Assembly: GCA_965221165.1 (NCBI GenBank)
Contig: CBDCRP010000003.1
Coordinates: forward strand, 96,001 to 160,000
Direction: 5' to 3'
From: a bacterium
GTDB lineage: Bacteria; UBA8248
DNA length: 64,000 nucleotides
Part shown: piece by piece, positions 29,412 through 40,370 of the stretch
Layout of the letters: the number at the start of each line of letters is the position of its first letter
How positions within the stretch are numbered: position 1 is the stretch's first letter
The notes under the pieces: model-generated
Told to the model about the DNA's origin: nothing
What the model saw: the letters and a program-made list of their open reading frames with translations, nothing else
Databases searched by the model: none
Made by a program: the position numbers and the translations under genes

Positions 29412-30500
29412 ATGCCACAACTAAAAATACGCTCTCTCGAAGCCATTCCCCTCAAGGTACCCCTCAAGAAAACATTCCAGAGTTCCCTCGGCGTGTATAC
29501 CCATCTCGATGTCGTCGTGGTCCATCTTCACACCGAAGGCGGCCCGAGCGGCACGGGCTTTACGATGGGCCTGGGCGGGGAAGGCGGCGTTGCCATGCTG
29601 CCGTATATCGAGAAGGAATTGGCTCCACTGGCAATAGGACAAGACGCCTTGGCTCCAGAGGCGCTCTGGAACCGCATGTGGGCGCCAAACAAGTCGAGAA
29701 TGCGCGGGGGACTGGGTTTGTATTCCCTTTCCGCTGTAGATATCGCTTGTTGGGATATCGTGGCGAAAGCAGCCGGCCTGCCGCTCAATCGCCTGCTGGG
29801 TGGATTTCGCCAAAAATTGCCGGTTTACGGCAGCGGCGGCTGGCACACGCTCCCGGATTCCGAGCTACTCGAAGAAGCCCAGGAAGCCGCCTCGCTCGGC
29901 ATGAGCGGTTATAAACTGAAAATCGGCACGCCGCGCGACCGGGAACGCCTCGATTTCCTCAGAAAAAATATGGGCGAGAATTTTATTCTCTATTGCGATG
30001 CGAACCAGAACTACAACGTGCGCGAAGCGGTGGAAGTTTCATCCATGCTGGCGGAATACGGCGTTGCCTGGTTCGAAGAACCCGTGCTGGCCGATTGCGT
30101 CGACGACCTCGCGGAAGTGGCCGAGAAGAGCATGGTGCCCACCGCGGCGGGCGAGAACGCCTATATGCGTTGGGGATTCCGAGAGATATGCGAACGCCGG
30201 GCGGTAGGGTTTTTACAACCGGATGTTTGTCGCTGCGGCGGAGTGACGGAATTCATTAAAATTGCGCATCTCGCCGATGCCTTTAACATTTCGCTGAGCA
30301 GCCATTTGGCCCATGAATTGTCGGTGAGCCTCGTAGGCGCAACGCCCAGAGGCTATATGGTCGAATACATGGAATTTTTCTCGCCAGATGATCTCACCCA
30401 AGATTTCTCCGTGCGTGATGGACACATCAACGTACCTGAAGCGCCCGGGCATGGCGTGGAATTCACACCAGATGCTATTGAACGATACAAAATTTCCTGA
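29412..30500 (+). CDS. Enolase superfamily, mandelate racemase subgroup (probable acid-sugar/hydroxyacid dehydratase or racemase)
   Basis: SAVDIACWD, KLK, DANQ, EEP, GEN, QPD and SSH. Confidence 0.9.
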   Translation: MPQLKIRSLEAIPLKVPLKKTFQSSLGVYTHLDVVVVHLHTEGGPSGTGFTMGLGGEGGVAMLPYIEKELAPLAIGQDALAPEALWNRMWAPNKSRMRGGLGLYSLSAVDIACWDIVAKAAGLPLNRLLGGFRQKLPVYGSGGWHTLPDSELLEEAQEAASLGMSGYKLKIGTPRDRERLDFLRKNMGENFILYCDANQNYNVREAVEVSSMLAEYGVAWFEEPVLADCVDDLAEVAEKSMVPTAAGENAYMRWGFREICERRAVGFLQPDVCRCGGVTEFIKIAHLADAFNISLSSHLAHELSVSLVGATPRGYMVEYMEFFSPDDLTQDFSVRDGHINVPEAPGHGVEFTPDAIERYKIS

Positions 30501-30534
30501 ATTTTCAAGAATCACACACCTCCAGGAGATCCGA

Positions 30535-31461
30535 ATGAAACTGCTGTCCTATAATTACAGGGGCCTTGAGAGGGTCGGCGTATATGTGGGCGACAGAATT
30601 GCCCACCTGTCGCGTCTGGCCGGAATTTTAGGCAAAAAAGAACTGGCATTCGGCAGTATGATTGAACTCATAAAAGCATGGGAAACGCATTGCGATGCGC
30701 TTCATGATTTGATCGCGCAGGCGGAAGCGAATGCCGGAGATTTGGCTCCCATTCTGATGACGCCCGAAGATGTTCATCACATATCCCCGATTCCCCATCC
30801 ACCCAAACACGTCCTTTGCATGGGACTCAACTATCAAGACCATGTGAACGAGGGTTTGCAAGCCAAGGATGTACAAACGACAAAGGTTGAACTCGACCAG
30901 CCCATCTTCTTCACAAAGGCCCAGAGCACCCTCATCGGACACAACGAAGGCATACCCGCTCACCGGGTGACGGAAAAGCTCGACTATGAAGCCGAAATAG
31001 CCGTCATCATCGGCAAAAGCGGCAAAAACATACCCCAAGATGAAGTCTACGACCACATTTTCGGCTACTGTTGCGCCAACGACATCTCCGCGAGAGATAT
31101 TCAACGGCGCCACAAACAGATTTTCAAGGGCAAGACTCTCGACGGCACATGTCCACTTGGTCCATACATCGTCCCCAAAGAGGATTATGGCGACCCGATG
31201 AACCAGACTGTAAAAAGCTGGGTAAACGGCGAAGCACGCCAGGATTCAAGCACGAACATGATGATTCATGATATTCCATCGATGATTTCGGTGCTTTCAG
31301 AAGGTTTTACCCTAGAGCCCGGCGATATCTTTTTGACAGGCACACCCTCGGGCGTAGGGTATGCGCGAGAAACGCCTTCTTTCCTTACCCCGGGCGATGT
31401 GGTGGAAGTGGAAATCGGCGGCCTGGGTCGATTACGCAACCAAATTATAGAAGCGGACTAG
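30535..31461 (+). CDS. Fumarylacetoacetate hydrolase family protein
   Basis: GLNYQDH, LDYEAE, NDISARDIQ, GKTLDGTCPLGP and TGTPSGVG. ATG at 30535 follows an AGGAG RBS. Confidence 0.92.
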   Translation: MKLLSYNYRGLERVGVYVGDRIAHLSRLAGILGKKELAFGSMIELIKAWETHCDALHDLIAQAEANAGDLAPILMTPEDVHHISPIPHPPKHVLCMGLNYQDHVNEGLQAKDVQTTKVELDQPIFFTKAQSTLIGHNEGIPAHRVTEKLDYEAEIAVIIGKSGKNIPQDEVYDHIFGYCCANDISARDIQRRHKQIFKGKTLDGTCPLGPYIVPKEDYGDPMNQTVKSWVNGEARQDSSTNMMIHDIPSMISVLSEGFTLEPGDIFLTGTPSGVGYARETPSFLTPGDVVEVEIGGLGRLRNQIIEAD

Positions 31462-31496
31462 CGAATTTTGAGCGTCATAGCTGAGGAGAATGACTG

Positions 31497-31892
31497 ATGA
31501 CCGAAGAATTTTACCCTCCTGCGATTAGGCGCGGAGATACCCAATACGGAGAAGGGTACACGGAAAAGCTATTTGGGCGCCTCAATAAGCTCGACCCTGA
31601 TTTCTCTATGCTGTTCCAGCAATTCGTACATGGGGGTTTGTATGATCGCGATGTCATCCCGCACAAGACAAGAGAGTTTTGCGCCCTGGCGGCCCTATGC
31701 GTCACTGGCCGCTTTAACCAGATGCGCTCTCATTTCACGGCAGCGAGGAGTTATGGAGCAACGGATAAGGAAATCATGGAGGTAATTTTCCAGATGTCCC
31801 CATACAGTGGAGTTCCCGCTGTCTTGGAAAGCCTCCAGGTTTTTGAGGATTGGTTGGAATCGGGCGGCGCCATGACAGGATACGGGAAATAG
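31497..31892 (+). CDS. Carboxymuconolactone decarboxylase (CMD/AhpD-like) family protein
   Basis: GGLYDR..KTRE...H...GAT..EIMEV...YSGVPA. Confidence 0.85.
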   Translation: MTEEFYPPAIRRGDTQYGEGYTEKLFGRLNKLDPDFSMLFQQFVHGGLYDRDVIPHKTREFCALAALCVTGRFNQMRSHFTAARSYGATDKEIMEVIFQMSPYSGVPAVLESLQVFEDWLESGGAMTGYGK

Positions 31893-31895
31893 GCG

Positions 31896-32726
31896 ATGCC
31901 CTCCCAAGTGCACCGAGACCGTGGGTTAAAAGACAAGGTCGCGCTCATCACGGGCGCCGGAGGAGGAATAGGACGTGGCATCGCCCGGTGCCTGGCGGAA
32001 GAGGGTGTCCATTTGGCATTGAGCGACATCTCGCCACCCAGCGCTGAGGCAGCGGCAAAAGAAATGGGAGAATTAGGCGTTACCGCCATTCCATACGCTC
32101 TTGATGTGACAGATAAATGCCAATGCGTAAACATAGTAGATACAGTCGCAAAAGAATTTGGTAGCCTGGATATTGTGGTCAACAATGCCGGCGTCATTGG
32201 CGGGGCGGATTTCAAACTGGGCATGCCTCTATCCGACATCAATGAAGATGATTGGGACGACACGTATAACGTCAACGTGAAAGGTGTTTTTTTGCTCTGC
32301 CAGGCATCGCTTGAAAAGATGAAGGGGAAGGGCTGGGGGCGCATCATCAATATTTCCTCGCGCGCCGGGCGTGATGGCCGCGAAACCATACCCCATTACA
32401 GCGCGAGCAAGGCAGCGGTGATTATTTTCACCCAGGCGCTCGCGCGCGAAGTGGCCCGCGAAGGTATTACGGTGAACGCCGTTTGTCCGGGTCTGATTTG
32501 GAGCGCGATGTGGGAAAAGATAGCTACACAGCTCAGAAAAAAATTCCCAATCTTCAAAGGCAAAACGGCCAGAGAAGTTTTCGACCACTTTGTGGAGCAA
32601 ACGCCTTTAGGGATCGAGCAATCGCCCGAAGATATTGGCCGAACAGTTGCATTTTTGGCGAGCGATGATGCGAAAACTATTACAGGCCAGGCCATTCTAG
32701 TCGACTCAGGGGCTGTAATGCGCTGA
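31896..32726 (+). CDS. SDR family NAD(P)-dependent oxidoreductase (acetoin/sorbitol dehydrogenase-like)
   Basis: TGAGGGIG, NNAG, NISS, YSASK and CPG. Confidence 0.93.
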   Translation: MPSQVHRDRGLKDKVALITGAGGGIGRGIARCLAEEGVHLALSDISPPSAEAAAKEMGELGVTAIPYALDVTDKCQCVNIVDTVAKEFGSLDIVVNNAGVIGGADFKLGMPLSDINEDDWDDTYNVNVKGVFLLCQASLEKMKGKGWGRIINISSRAGRDGRETIPHYSASKAAVIIFTQALAREVAREGITVNAVCPGLIWSAMWEKIATQLRKKFPIFKGKTAREVFDHFVEQTPLGIEQSPEDIGRTVAFLASDDAKTITGQAILVDSGAVMR

Positions 32727-32888
32727 ATTTACTTTAATTGTATGCGTTGCGATATTTCATTTCAGTAACTCGTTTGACTTGTCTTTTGAGCCTTGATAGC
32801 TTGCTTGTACAGAAAAAAATTCACGGGGAAATATTGGTTTTCATTTAAATAAATAACAATTTCGGAAAGTTGCTGAGGGATACGCCTC

Positions 32889-33794
32889 ATGGCCAAGAAG
32901 TACACCGTCATGGTCATACCGAGCAACTCTAGCGGTACCCGACGCCTCAGTATAACGAGGTACATGGTGGTACTCGTGCTCCTCTGCTTTTGCTCTTTTG
33001 TCGGAATAACGCTTTACCTCGCGCAAGAGAAAATTTTATTGACGAAACATGTCTCCAAGCTCTCTCCTCTCGAACAACAAAATCAAACACAAAAAGAACT
33101 TCTTGAGAAATTCGGTACTAAACTCAAATCCCTGGACAACAACCTGATACAGCTCCGGCAACTTGAAGACCAGCTTCGCATCATGGCCTCATTAAAACCG
33201 AGCAAGCGAAAAGATAACTTAGGTGTAGGAGGCTTTTCAAAAAACGCGCTGCCTGACGACATGGAGAAACTTACACCATCTGAACAAAGATTCATCCGGA
33301 GATTAAACCGCCAATTTCAGGATATAGAAAAGCGCGCCGCCGAACAGGAAAGTGCGTTCAAAGACCTTTTGAGAGCGTTCCGCGATAAAAGTGTATTGCT
33401 CGCCCACACACCCTCTGTATGGCCCGTTAAGGGCTGGCTCTCATCCAGCTTTGGATACAGACGCTCTGCATTTACGAATCGGCGAGAATTTCATGCAGGA
33501 ATTGATGTTGTCGCAAGAGAAGGAACACCTATATTCTCTCCAGCAGATGGCCTCGTCATTGGCGTTGGAAGAAAGGGAGGGTATGGAAAAATCGTCGAGA
33601 TCAGACACATGCAGGGCATCGTGACCAAGTTCGCACACAATAGCGTTAATTTAGTGAAAGTCGGCCAACGTGTGAGAAGAGGCGATGTCATTGCCAAAGT
33701 TGGTTCCACAGGGAGATCCACCGGACCACACCTCCATTATGAAGTTCGAATAAACGGAGTCGCGATCAACCCCAGATTATACATTGTAGAATAA
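32889..33794 (+). CDS. M23 family peptidoglycan endopeptidase with TM anchor and coiled coil
   Basis: FHAGID and STGPHLHYEV; located upstream of secA. Confidence 0.92.
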   Translation: MAKKYTVMVIPSNSSGTRRLSITRYMVVLVLLCFCSFVGITLYLAQEKILLTKHVSKLSPLEQQNQTQKELLEKFGTKLKSLDNNLIQLRQLEDQLRIMASLKPSKRKDNLGVGGFSKNALPDDMEKLTPSEQRFIRRLNRQFQDIEKRAAEQESAFKDLLRAFRDKSVLLAHTPSVWPVKGWLSSSFGYRRSAFTNRREFHAGIDVVAREGTPIFSPADGLVIGVGRKGGYGKIVEIRHMQGIVTKFAHNSVNLVKVGQRVRRGDVIAKVGSTGRSTGPHLHYEVRINGVAINPRLYIVE

Positions 33795-33908
33795 ACGAAA
33801 TAACTCACTATCCCGCCTGAGATATTCGCTTTTTCTCGCTAACACACCATGATAATCTACCTGAGCGCGAAAATTGATTCGTAGGCATGAACCCCAATGG
33901 AGTGATGA

Positions 33909-36731
33909 ATGGCAGGCTCGATTTTTCAATCAAGCATATCGATGTTCAACTCTGTATTCGGGACGGCGAATGATCGCCTGCTCAAAACGATTCAACCAAT
34001 AGTAGAAGAGATTAATCGTCACGAACCACGCATTCAAGAGATGACCGACGCCCAGATGCGTGAGGAGACAGAACGCTTCAAGGAGCGCCTCGCCGCTGGT
34101 GAGACGTTGGATGATATTTTGCCTGAAGCGTTCGCTTTGGTGCGTGAAGCGGGGTGGCGTCGCCTCCAAATGCGGCATTTTGACGTTCAGCTCATCGGGG
34201 GCATGATTCTCGACAGCGGAAAAATTTCCGAGATGAAAACCGGGGAGGGAAAAACCCTCGTCGCCACGCTTGCAGCCTATTTGAATGCATTAGAGGGCAA
34301 GGGCGTACACATCGTTACTGTGAACGACTATCTCGCGAGTCGCGATTCCGAATGGATGGGCCGTCTTTTCAGGGCGCTCGGGCTCAGTGTCGGTTGTATT
34401 CAGCATGGAATGAATGATGATGCGCGCCGCCTCGCCTATGCCTGTGACATTACGTATGGCACCAACAATGAGTTCGGATTCGACTACTTAAGAGATAACA
34501 TGAAGTTCGAGCCCGGCAGTTGCGTCATGCGCGAGTTGAATTACGCCATCGTGGATGAAGTGGACAGCATACTGATCGATGAAGCCAGAACCCCTCTCAT
34601 CATCAGCGGACCGGCAGATGAAGCCACGCGCATGTATGGCGTTGTGAACCGCGTGATACGCCCTCTACTGAAAGAACAACAAGGGGTTGTTGAAGAAGAG
34701 AACGAGGAAGAAGACGATGGATATGTCGAGGGCGGCAAAGATATCGTCAGCAAGAAAAAATATGAATATCTAATCGTCGATGAAAAAAGCCGAACGGTAA
34801 ATCTAAAAGAAGCGGGCGGGCATGAAGCCGAAAAACTTCTGCGTCGTTCCGGCATCATGGGGAATGACCAAAGTTTGTATGACATGAACAGCATCACGGT
34901 GCTGCACCATGTGGAACAGGCGCTCAAGGCGCATGTCCTGTTTACCAAAGACATTGATTATGTGGTGAAAGACAACGAGGTTGTCATCGTCGATGAGTTC
35001 ACCGGACGCATGATGCCCGGCCGGCGTTTTAGCGATGGCTTGCATCAGGCGATCGAGGCGAAAGAGGGCGTCAAGGTTCAGGAAGAAAATGTGACCTTGG
35101 CGACTATCACCTTCCAGAACTATTTCAGGCTTTACAACAAATTGGCCGGCATGACGGGTACGGCGGATACCGAAGCGGCGGAGTTTAATTCGACTTACAA
35201 AATAGATGTGGCCATTGTGCCGACGAACCGTGAATTGATTCGAGATGAATATCCTGATGTGGTGTATCGCTCGGAAAGAGAAAAGATGGATGCCGTCGTC
35301 GATGAGATAATTGAATGTCACGAAAGCGGCAGACCGGTTTTGGTGGGTACCATCAATATCGAAAAAAGTGAAAAACTCGCCTCGATTCTCAAGAGAAAGC
35401 GTATTCCGCATTACGTGCTCAACGCAAAAAACCATAGCAAGGAAGCGGAAATTATCGCCCAGGCAGGGAGCAAAGGAGCCGTCACTATCTCGACCAATAT
35501 GGCGGGCCGGGGAACGGACATCCTTCTTGGTGGTAATCCGGAATTTCTCGCTTCATCTAAAACGAACACGAACGAAGGACCTGAATACGAAGAGGCGTTT
35601 AAGGAATTTCAAGCATATTGCGAAGCAGAGCATGATGAAGTGGTTAAATTGGGCGGTCTTCACGTCTTGGGCACCGAGCGGCATGAAAGCCGTCGTATCG
35701 ACAACCAACTCCGTGGCCGCTCAGGGAGGCAGGGGGATCCTGGAAGTTCTCGATTCTTCCTTTCCCTCGAAGACGATTTATTACGCATTTTCGGTTCCGA
35801 CAGAATCAAGGGTTTGATGGAAAAATTAGGCATGGAAGAAGGTGTGCCCATTGAGGCGAAGATGGTGACGCGCGCCATCGAGAATGCCCAGAAACGTGTC
35901 GAGGCGCATCATTTCGAGATGCGAAAACATCTTCTCGAATATGATGACGTGATGAATAAACAACGCGAAGTCATATATTCGATGCGGCGAGAAATTCTGG
36001 AAACTACCGATGTGATCGATCAAATCAAGGAGTTCGCATCTACGATCCTCGACTCGGTCGCCGACTTGCATTTGCCGGAGTCAGAACATTTTGAAGATTG
36101 GGATATAGAAGCATTCGCGGGCGCCGTCGAAAGCCAATATGGCATCCCCGCAACGATAGAGGGGCGGAAAATCATTTTTTCGGCTTCTGAACCAATGGTG
36201 GTGGATGTAGAAGAGGAGCCGAGAGATGAACTTGCCCACAGGGTCGATGAGCTCATCCAGGGTGTTTTAGATGAAAAATATCGTGACTTCGATCCTGAAA
36301 ATATTCTGGAACTCGCAAAACTCATTTATATCCAGATACTGGATACGCAATGGAAGGATCACCTCTCCAACATTGAACAACTCAAAGAGGGGATCGGGCT
36401 GAGGGGCTATGCACAGGTGAACCCCTTGAATGAATACAAAAAAGAAGCGTTCGACATGTTTGGAACGATGACGGAAAGAATTGAAGCGGAGACGGTTCTC
36501 TATATGTACCGGCTGGATATTTCGGATGAAGACATCGCACTGGAAGAGTCGCGACAGGAACAAGAAATGGTATTCTCCCATGCGGATGCGTCGGGGTTCG
36601 GCGACGACATCGGCGGAGAGGGAATACAAACAACCAGCCCTGTAAGACGCGCCACGCCCAAGGTCGGACGCAACGAGCCTTGTCCCTGCGGCAGCGGCAG
36701 AAAATACAAGTTTTGCCACGGAAAGTCATAG
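33909..36731 (+). CDS. secA: Preprotein translocase subunit SecA
   Basis: [38 protein letters not shown], and the SEC-C motif [14 protein letters not shown]. Confidence 0.99.
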   Translation: MAGSIFQSSISMFNSVFGTANDRLLKTIQPIVEEINRHEPRIQEMTDAQMREETERFKERLAAGETLDDILPEAFALVREAGWRRLQMRHFDVQLIGGMILDSGKISEMKTGEGKTLVATLAAYLNALEGKGVHIVTVNDYLASRDSEWMGRLFRALGLSVGCIQHGMNDDARRLAYACDITYGTNNEFGFDYLRDNMKFEPGSCVMRELNYAIVDEVDSILIDEARTPLIISGPADEATRMYGVVNRVIRPLLKEQQGVVEEENEEEDDGYVEGGKDIVSKKKYEYLIVDEKSRTVNLKEAGGHEAEKLLRRSGIMGNDQSLYDMNSITVLHHVEQALKAHVLFTKDIDYVVKDNEVVIVDEFTGRMMPGRRFSDGLHQAIEAKEGVKVQEENVTLATITFQNYFRLYNKLAGMTGTADTEAAEFNSTYKIDVAIVPTNRELIRDEYPDVVYRSEREKMDAVVDEIIECHESGRPVLVGTINIEKSEKLASILKRKRIPHYVLNAKNHSKEAEIIAQAGSKGAVTISTNMAGRGTDILLGGNPEFLASSKTNTNEGPEYEEAFKEFQAYCEAEHDEVVKLGGLHVLGTERHESRRIDNQLRGRSGRQGDPGSSRFFLSLEDDLLRIFGSDRIKGLMEKLGMEEGVPIEAKMVTRAIENAQKRVEAHHFEMRKHLLEYDDVMNKQREVIYSMRREILETTDVIDQIKEFASTILDSVADLHLPESEHFEDWDIEAFAGAVESQYGIPATIEGRKIIFSASEPMVVDVEEEPRDELAHRVDELIQGVLDEKYRDFDPENILELAKLIYIQILDTQWKDHLSNIEQLKEGIGLRGYAQVNPLNEYKKEAFDMFGTMTERIEAETVLYMYRLDISDEDIALEESRQEQEMVFSHADASGFGDDIGGEGIQTTSPVRRATPKVGRNEPCPCGSGRKYKFCHGKS

Positions 36732-36853
36732 CGCCGGATATCTTTGCAATAGCATCCTGCAGGCCTGTTTCCATAAAGGCGGTCATCGTTATCTTGGTGA
36801 CTTATTCGTTCAATACAAAGTGAAAAAATTTTCCTCATAATGAAGGGATAAAA

Positions 36854-37870
36854 ATGCAATTTGGCATCATGCTCAGAGGTCAATTCACCCTCGAAGATGA
36901 TATGCGGCCTCGCTTCCATGAACTGATGGAACAAGCAAGAAGAGCGGAAGAATTAGGATTCGTATCGATCACCAAGGGGAATCACTATAGCGCGTATCCG
37001 CTTCAGGATTTTCAGCAATTGCCTTTTCTCGCCCGCATCAGCGCGGAAGCACCGAAGCTGAGGCTCAATGCAGGTATCGTGCTATTGTCTCTCCATAAAC
37101 CCATGGACATGGCGGAGCAATTGGCAACGATTGACGTGATGTCAGGCGGGAAACTCATATTTGGCGCCGGGCTCGGCTATCGAGAGGTGGAATTCAGGGG
37201 ATTCGGAACAACACAAAAAGAAAGGGTGAAACGTCTCGAGGAGAATCTGGAGGCCATCAAGCGACTCTGGTCGGAAGAGAAGGTGTCGATGAAGGGCTCT
37301 CACTTCGAATTAATCGAGGCATCGTGCCCCCTAAAACCCATTCAGAAGCCACACCCCCCCATTTGGATTGGAGCCAACAGTGACGCCGGCATACGCCGCG
37401 CGGCCAGGCTGGGTGATTGCTATTACGTGAACCCCCATAATCGGCTCGACACGACAAAGCGCCAAATCGAACTTTACCGCCAGACGCTCGACGAACTCGG
37501 CAAACCTTTTCCCGATGAATTTCCAATGCGGCGTGAGGTGTTTGTCGCAACAAACCGCGCAGAAGCCATTCGGCTCAGCAAGCCCTATCTCGAGATTAAA
37601 TACCGTGAATATCACAAGTGGGGCCAAGATAAAGCCATGCCTGAAGGAGATGACGATCTGGGTCAGCAGTTTGATGATTTACTGGACAACAGGTTCATTC
37701 TAGGCTCGCCGGATGAAGTTGCAGAGGGCATGTTGGAACTGGCGGAGTTCGGCATCAATCACCTCATCATGAGCATTCAATGGCCGGGAATGCCTCAATC
37801 GCTTGTCCTGGAAACGATGCAGATGATGGCCGAGGAGGTATTTCCAAAAGTTCTGCAAGGAGTGAAATAA
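36854..37870 (+). CDS. LLM class flavin-dependent oxidoreductase
   Basis: AEELGF, AEQLATIDVMSGGKL, PPIWIGA and GSPDEV. Confidence 0.9.
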   Translation: MQFGIMLRGQFTLEDDMRPRFHELMEQARRAEELGFVSITKGNHYSAYPLQDFQQLPFLARISAEAPKLRLNAGIVLLSLHKPMDMAEQLATIDVMSGGKLIFGAGLGYREVEFRGFGTTQKERVKRLEENLEAIKRLWSEEKVSMKGSHFELIEASCPLKPIQKPHPPIWIGANSDAGIRRAARLGDCYYVNPHNRLDTTKRQIELYRQTLDELGKPFPDEFPMRREVFVATNRAEAIRLSKPYLEIKYREYHKWGQDKAMPEGDDDLGQQFDDLLDNRFILGSPDEVAEGMLELAEFGINHLIMSIQWPGMPQSLVLETMQMMAEEVFPKVLQGVK

Positions 37871-37871
37871 C

Positions 37872-39308
37872 GTGTCATTGACGCCAAATGAAGCATTGTG
37901 CCAATTTTCCCGCTCCTTGCAATTCCCGGATATCCCCCCAGAAGTAGTCCACCGGACTAAATTATTGATCCTTGATTTCATGGGAATTGCCCTGGCGGCT
38001 CGCTCCACGGAAATTGACGCGCCCCTGCGAGCCGTAGCGAATGGTATGACCGGAAGGATTCCGGACAAAGAAAACGCCTCCCATGAATTCGGCCCTTGCA
38101 GCGCGGTAGGTGAGAAAATTCGAATGCCTGCGGCAAACGCCGCTTTTTTGAACGGTGCGCTGGGGCATTCCCTGGATTTTGACGATACCCACGCGAAATC
38201 GATCGTACACACAGCGGCGCCGGTCGTACCAGCGGCTTTGGCAGGAGCGGAAGCATTCCAGAAAACGGGGCGAGATTTCATTCGAGCCTGCGTGGCCGGG
38301 TTCGAGTCGGAAATCAGGATCGGCCTAGCAGCCCCCGGCAAATTCCATGCCCGAGGCTTCCATATGACCGCAATCGCCGGATCGTTTGGCGCCGCTATCG
38401 CTTATGCCCTTCAGTGTGGATTGAGTGCGGAAAGAATGAGTTGGGCGCTTGGGATATGCGGAAGCATGGCTGCCGGGCTCTTTGAATACCTGGAGAACGG
38501 AAGCCCTGTAAAAGCGCTTCATCCGGGCTGGGCGGCACACGGCGCCATTTGTTCCACGATTCTGGCGGGCGAGGATTTTGCCGGCCCACCTACAGTGTTC
38601 GAGGGCAGATTCGGTTTGCTCAAGAGCCACCTTGGTGATGAGGAGTTCGAGATCGAAGCGCTCACACGAGGACTGGGCGAAACATGGGAAACTTTGGCCA
38701 TTGGCTTCAAGCCCTATCCCTGCGGTCATGTGATTCATGCGTTCCTGGACGCCGGACTGCGACTCAGAGACAGAGAGGAAATACATCACACGAAAATCAG
38801 AAGCCTCATATGTTACGCCGCCAAAGGGGCCATTGACCTGGTGCTTGACCCGATCGAGATGAAGCGAAAACCGCGTGGTAAATACGACGCGAAATTTTCC
38901 TTGCCGTATTGCCTGGCGAGTATTTTCGTGCGGGGCAGGTGTGGGTTGGATGATTTCGAAAAAAGCGCGACAGAAGACCCCGCGGTACTTGCTCTGGCGG
39001 ATAAGGTCTCCTTCGAGCAAGACGACACACAGGATTTTCCGAGGTTTTTCCCGGGAGTTGTAGAAGTTCGACTTGATGACGGGAGCACCTTCATCGAGGA
39101 GGAGAAACATCAAAGGGGGTGTGCTGAAAATCCATTCACGGATGACGATGTTCATGAAAAATTCAAGGACAATGCCAAGCGGAGTCTCTCGCCAGGAGAA
39201 GCAGGCGATTTCATGGCAATGGTGATGGACCTTGAGAATCTAGAGAACATGAATGCCATGGGCGAGTTGTTAAGAAAAGCAACTAGTCATCAAGCGGATC
39301 CTCGATAA
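37872..39308 (+). CDS. MmgE/PrpD family protein
   Basis: HSLDFDDTH, GFHMT, KALHPG, KPYPCG and AKFSLPY. Confidence 0.92.
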   Translation: MSLTPNEALCQFSRSLQFPDIPPEVVHRTKLLILDFMGIALAARSTEIDAPLRAVANGMTGRIPDKENASHEFGPCSAVGEKIRMPAANAAFLNGALGHSLDFDDTHAKSIVHTAAPVVPAALAGAEAFQKTGRDFIRACVAGFESEIRIGLAAPGKFHARGFHMTAIAGSFGAAIAYALQCGLSAERMSWALGICGSMAAGLFEYLENGSPVKALHPGWAAHGAICSTILAGEDFAGPPTVFEGRFGLLKSHLGDEEFEIEALTRGLGETWETLAIGFKPYPCGHVIHAFLDAGLRLRDREEIHHTKIRSLICYAAKGAIDLVLDPIEMKRKPRGKYDAKFSLPYCLASIFVRGRCGLDDFEKSATEDPAVLALADKVSFEQDDTQDFPRFFPGVVEVRLDDGSTFIEEEKHQRGCAENPFTDDDVHEKFKDNAKRSLSPGEAGDFMAMVMDLENLENMNAMGELLRKATSHQADPR

Positions 39309-40356
39309 CCGTAACGAAATCCGGCATGATGCGGAATCTTATCTCTTCTCCGACATCTATCCTCAAATTGGGTTGCACGCGCATTTTCAGCCGGTGTCCT
39401 TTGCCGATTTCATCAATTATTTCAACTTCCAACAACACGGACTGCCCTCCATAGCGAATGCTGCAAATCTTGGCTGAAAAGGGACCGTTCGGGTCAATTT
39501 CAAAACTCTCGGGGCGAATCGAGATAAAAGCATCCGTACCGAATTCAAGGTCTCTCATGGAGAGGCATGGCACGGCCCCGATGGTAGTCATCACCTCATC
39601 ATAACTGGTCGACAGAATGATGCCTTGTAAAATATTCGTCTGCCCGACAAAACGAGCGGTGAATTCCGTGGCAGGAAACTGATAAATTTCGCGAGGCGAT
39701 CCGCTTTGCTCCACTCTTCTATTTCGCATCACTAAAATATGGTCGCCCATATACATCGCTTCCTGGGGGTCATGCGTGACCATCAAGGTGGTAACGCCCA
39801 TTTGTTTAATCAATCCCAACGTATCTTCGCGCACTTGCACGCGGAGGCTGATGTCGAGTCCTGAAAACGGCTCGTCTAAAAGAAGAAGGCGAGGGAGAGG
39901 CGCCAATGCCCGAAGAAGAGCAACGCGCTGCTGTTGGCCGCCTGACAGGGTATGCGGATAGGCGTCCGTCAATTCCACGATGTCCATTTGGATCATGGCT
40001 CTTTGTATTTCGGCCAGCTTTTCGGGCGAAGGGTTATCAAGACCAAAGGTGATGTTGTGTAAAACATCCAGGTGAGGGAAAAGGGCATAATCTTGGAACA
40101 TGAACCCCACATTTCTTTCCTCCGGCGGTGTCTCGATCCCGCTCGCAGATTCCGATATAACCTTTTCGTCGAGACGAATCCTTCCGGATTGCAGCGAAGT
40201 GAGACCAGCCACCAGGCGCAACAACGTCGTCTTGCCGCATCCGGATGGCCCCAGCAAACATGCAACTTGACCCTCTTCGACCGTCAAGGACAAATCCTCG
40301 ATGACTTCTTTTGTTTCATATGAGTGCGATACATTTTCAATATCGAGTTTGGCCAT
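39283..40356 (-). CDS. fbpC: Fe(III) ABC transporter ATP-binding protein
   Basis: GPSGCGKT, FQDYALFPHL, LSGGQQQR and TOBE-like C-terminus. Confidence 0.88.
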   Translation of the reverse strand: MAKLDIENVSHSYETKEVIEDLSLTVEEGQVACLLGPSGCGKTTLLRLVAGLTSLQSGRIRLDEKVISESASGIETPPEERNVGFMFQDYALFPHLDVLHNITFGLDNPSPEKLAEIQRAMIQMDIVELTDAYPHTLSGGQQQRVALLRALAPLPRLLLLDEPFSGLDISLRVQVREDTLGLIKQMGVTTLMVTHDPQEAMYMGDHILVMRNRRVEQSGSPREIYQFPATEFTARFVGQTNILQGIILSTSYDEVMTTIGAVPCLSMRDLEFGTDAFISIRPESFEIDPNGPFSAKICSIRYGGQSVLLEVEIIDEIGKGHRLKMRVQPNLRIDVGEEIRFRIMPDFVTVIEDPLDD

Positions 40357-40370
40357 TTAGATCATGAACC

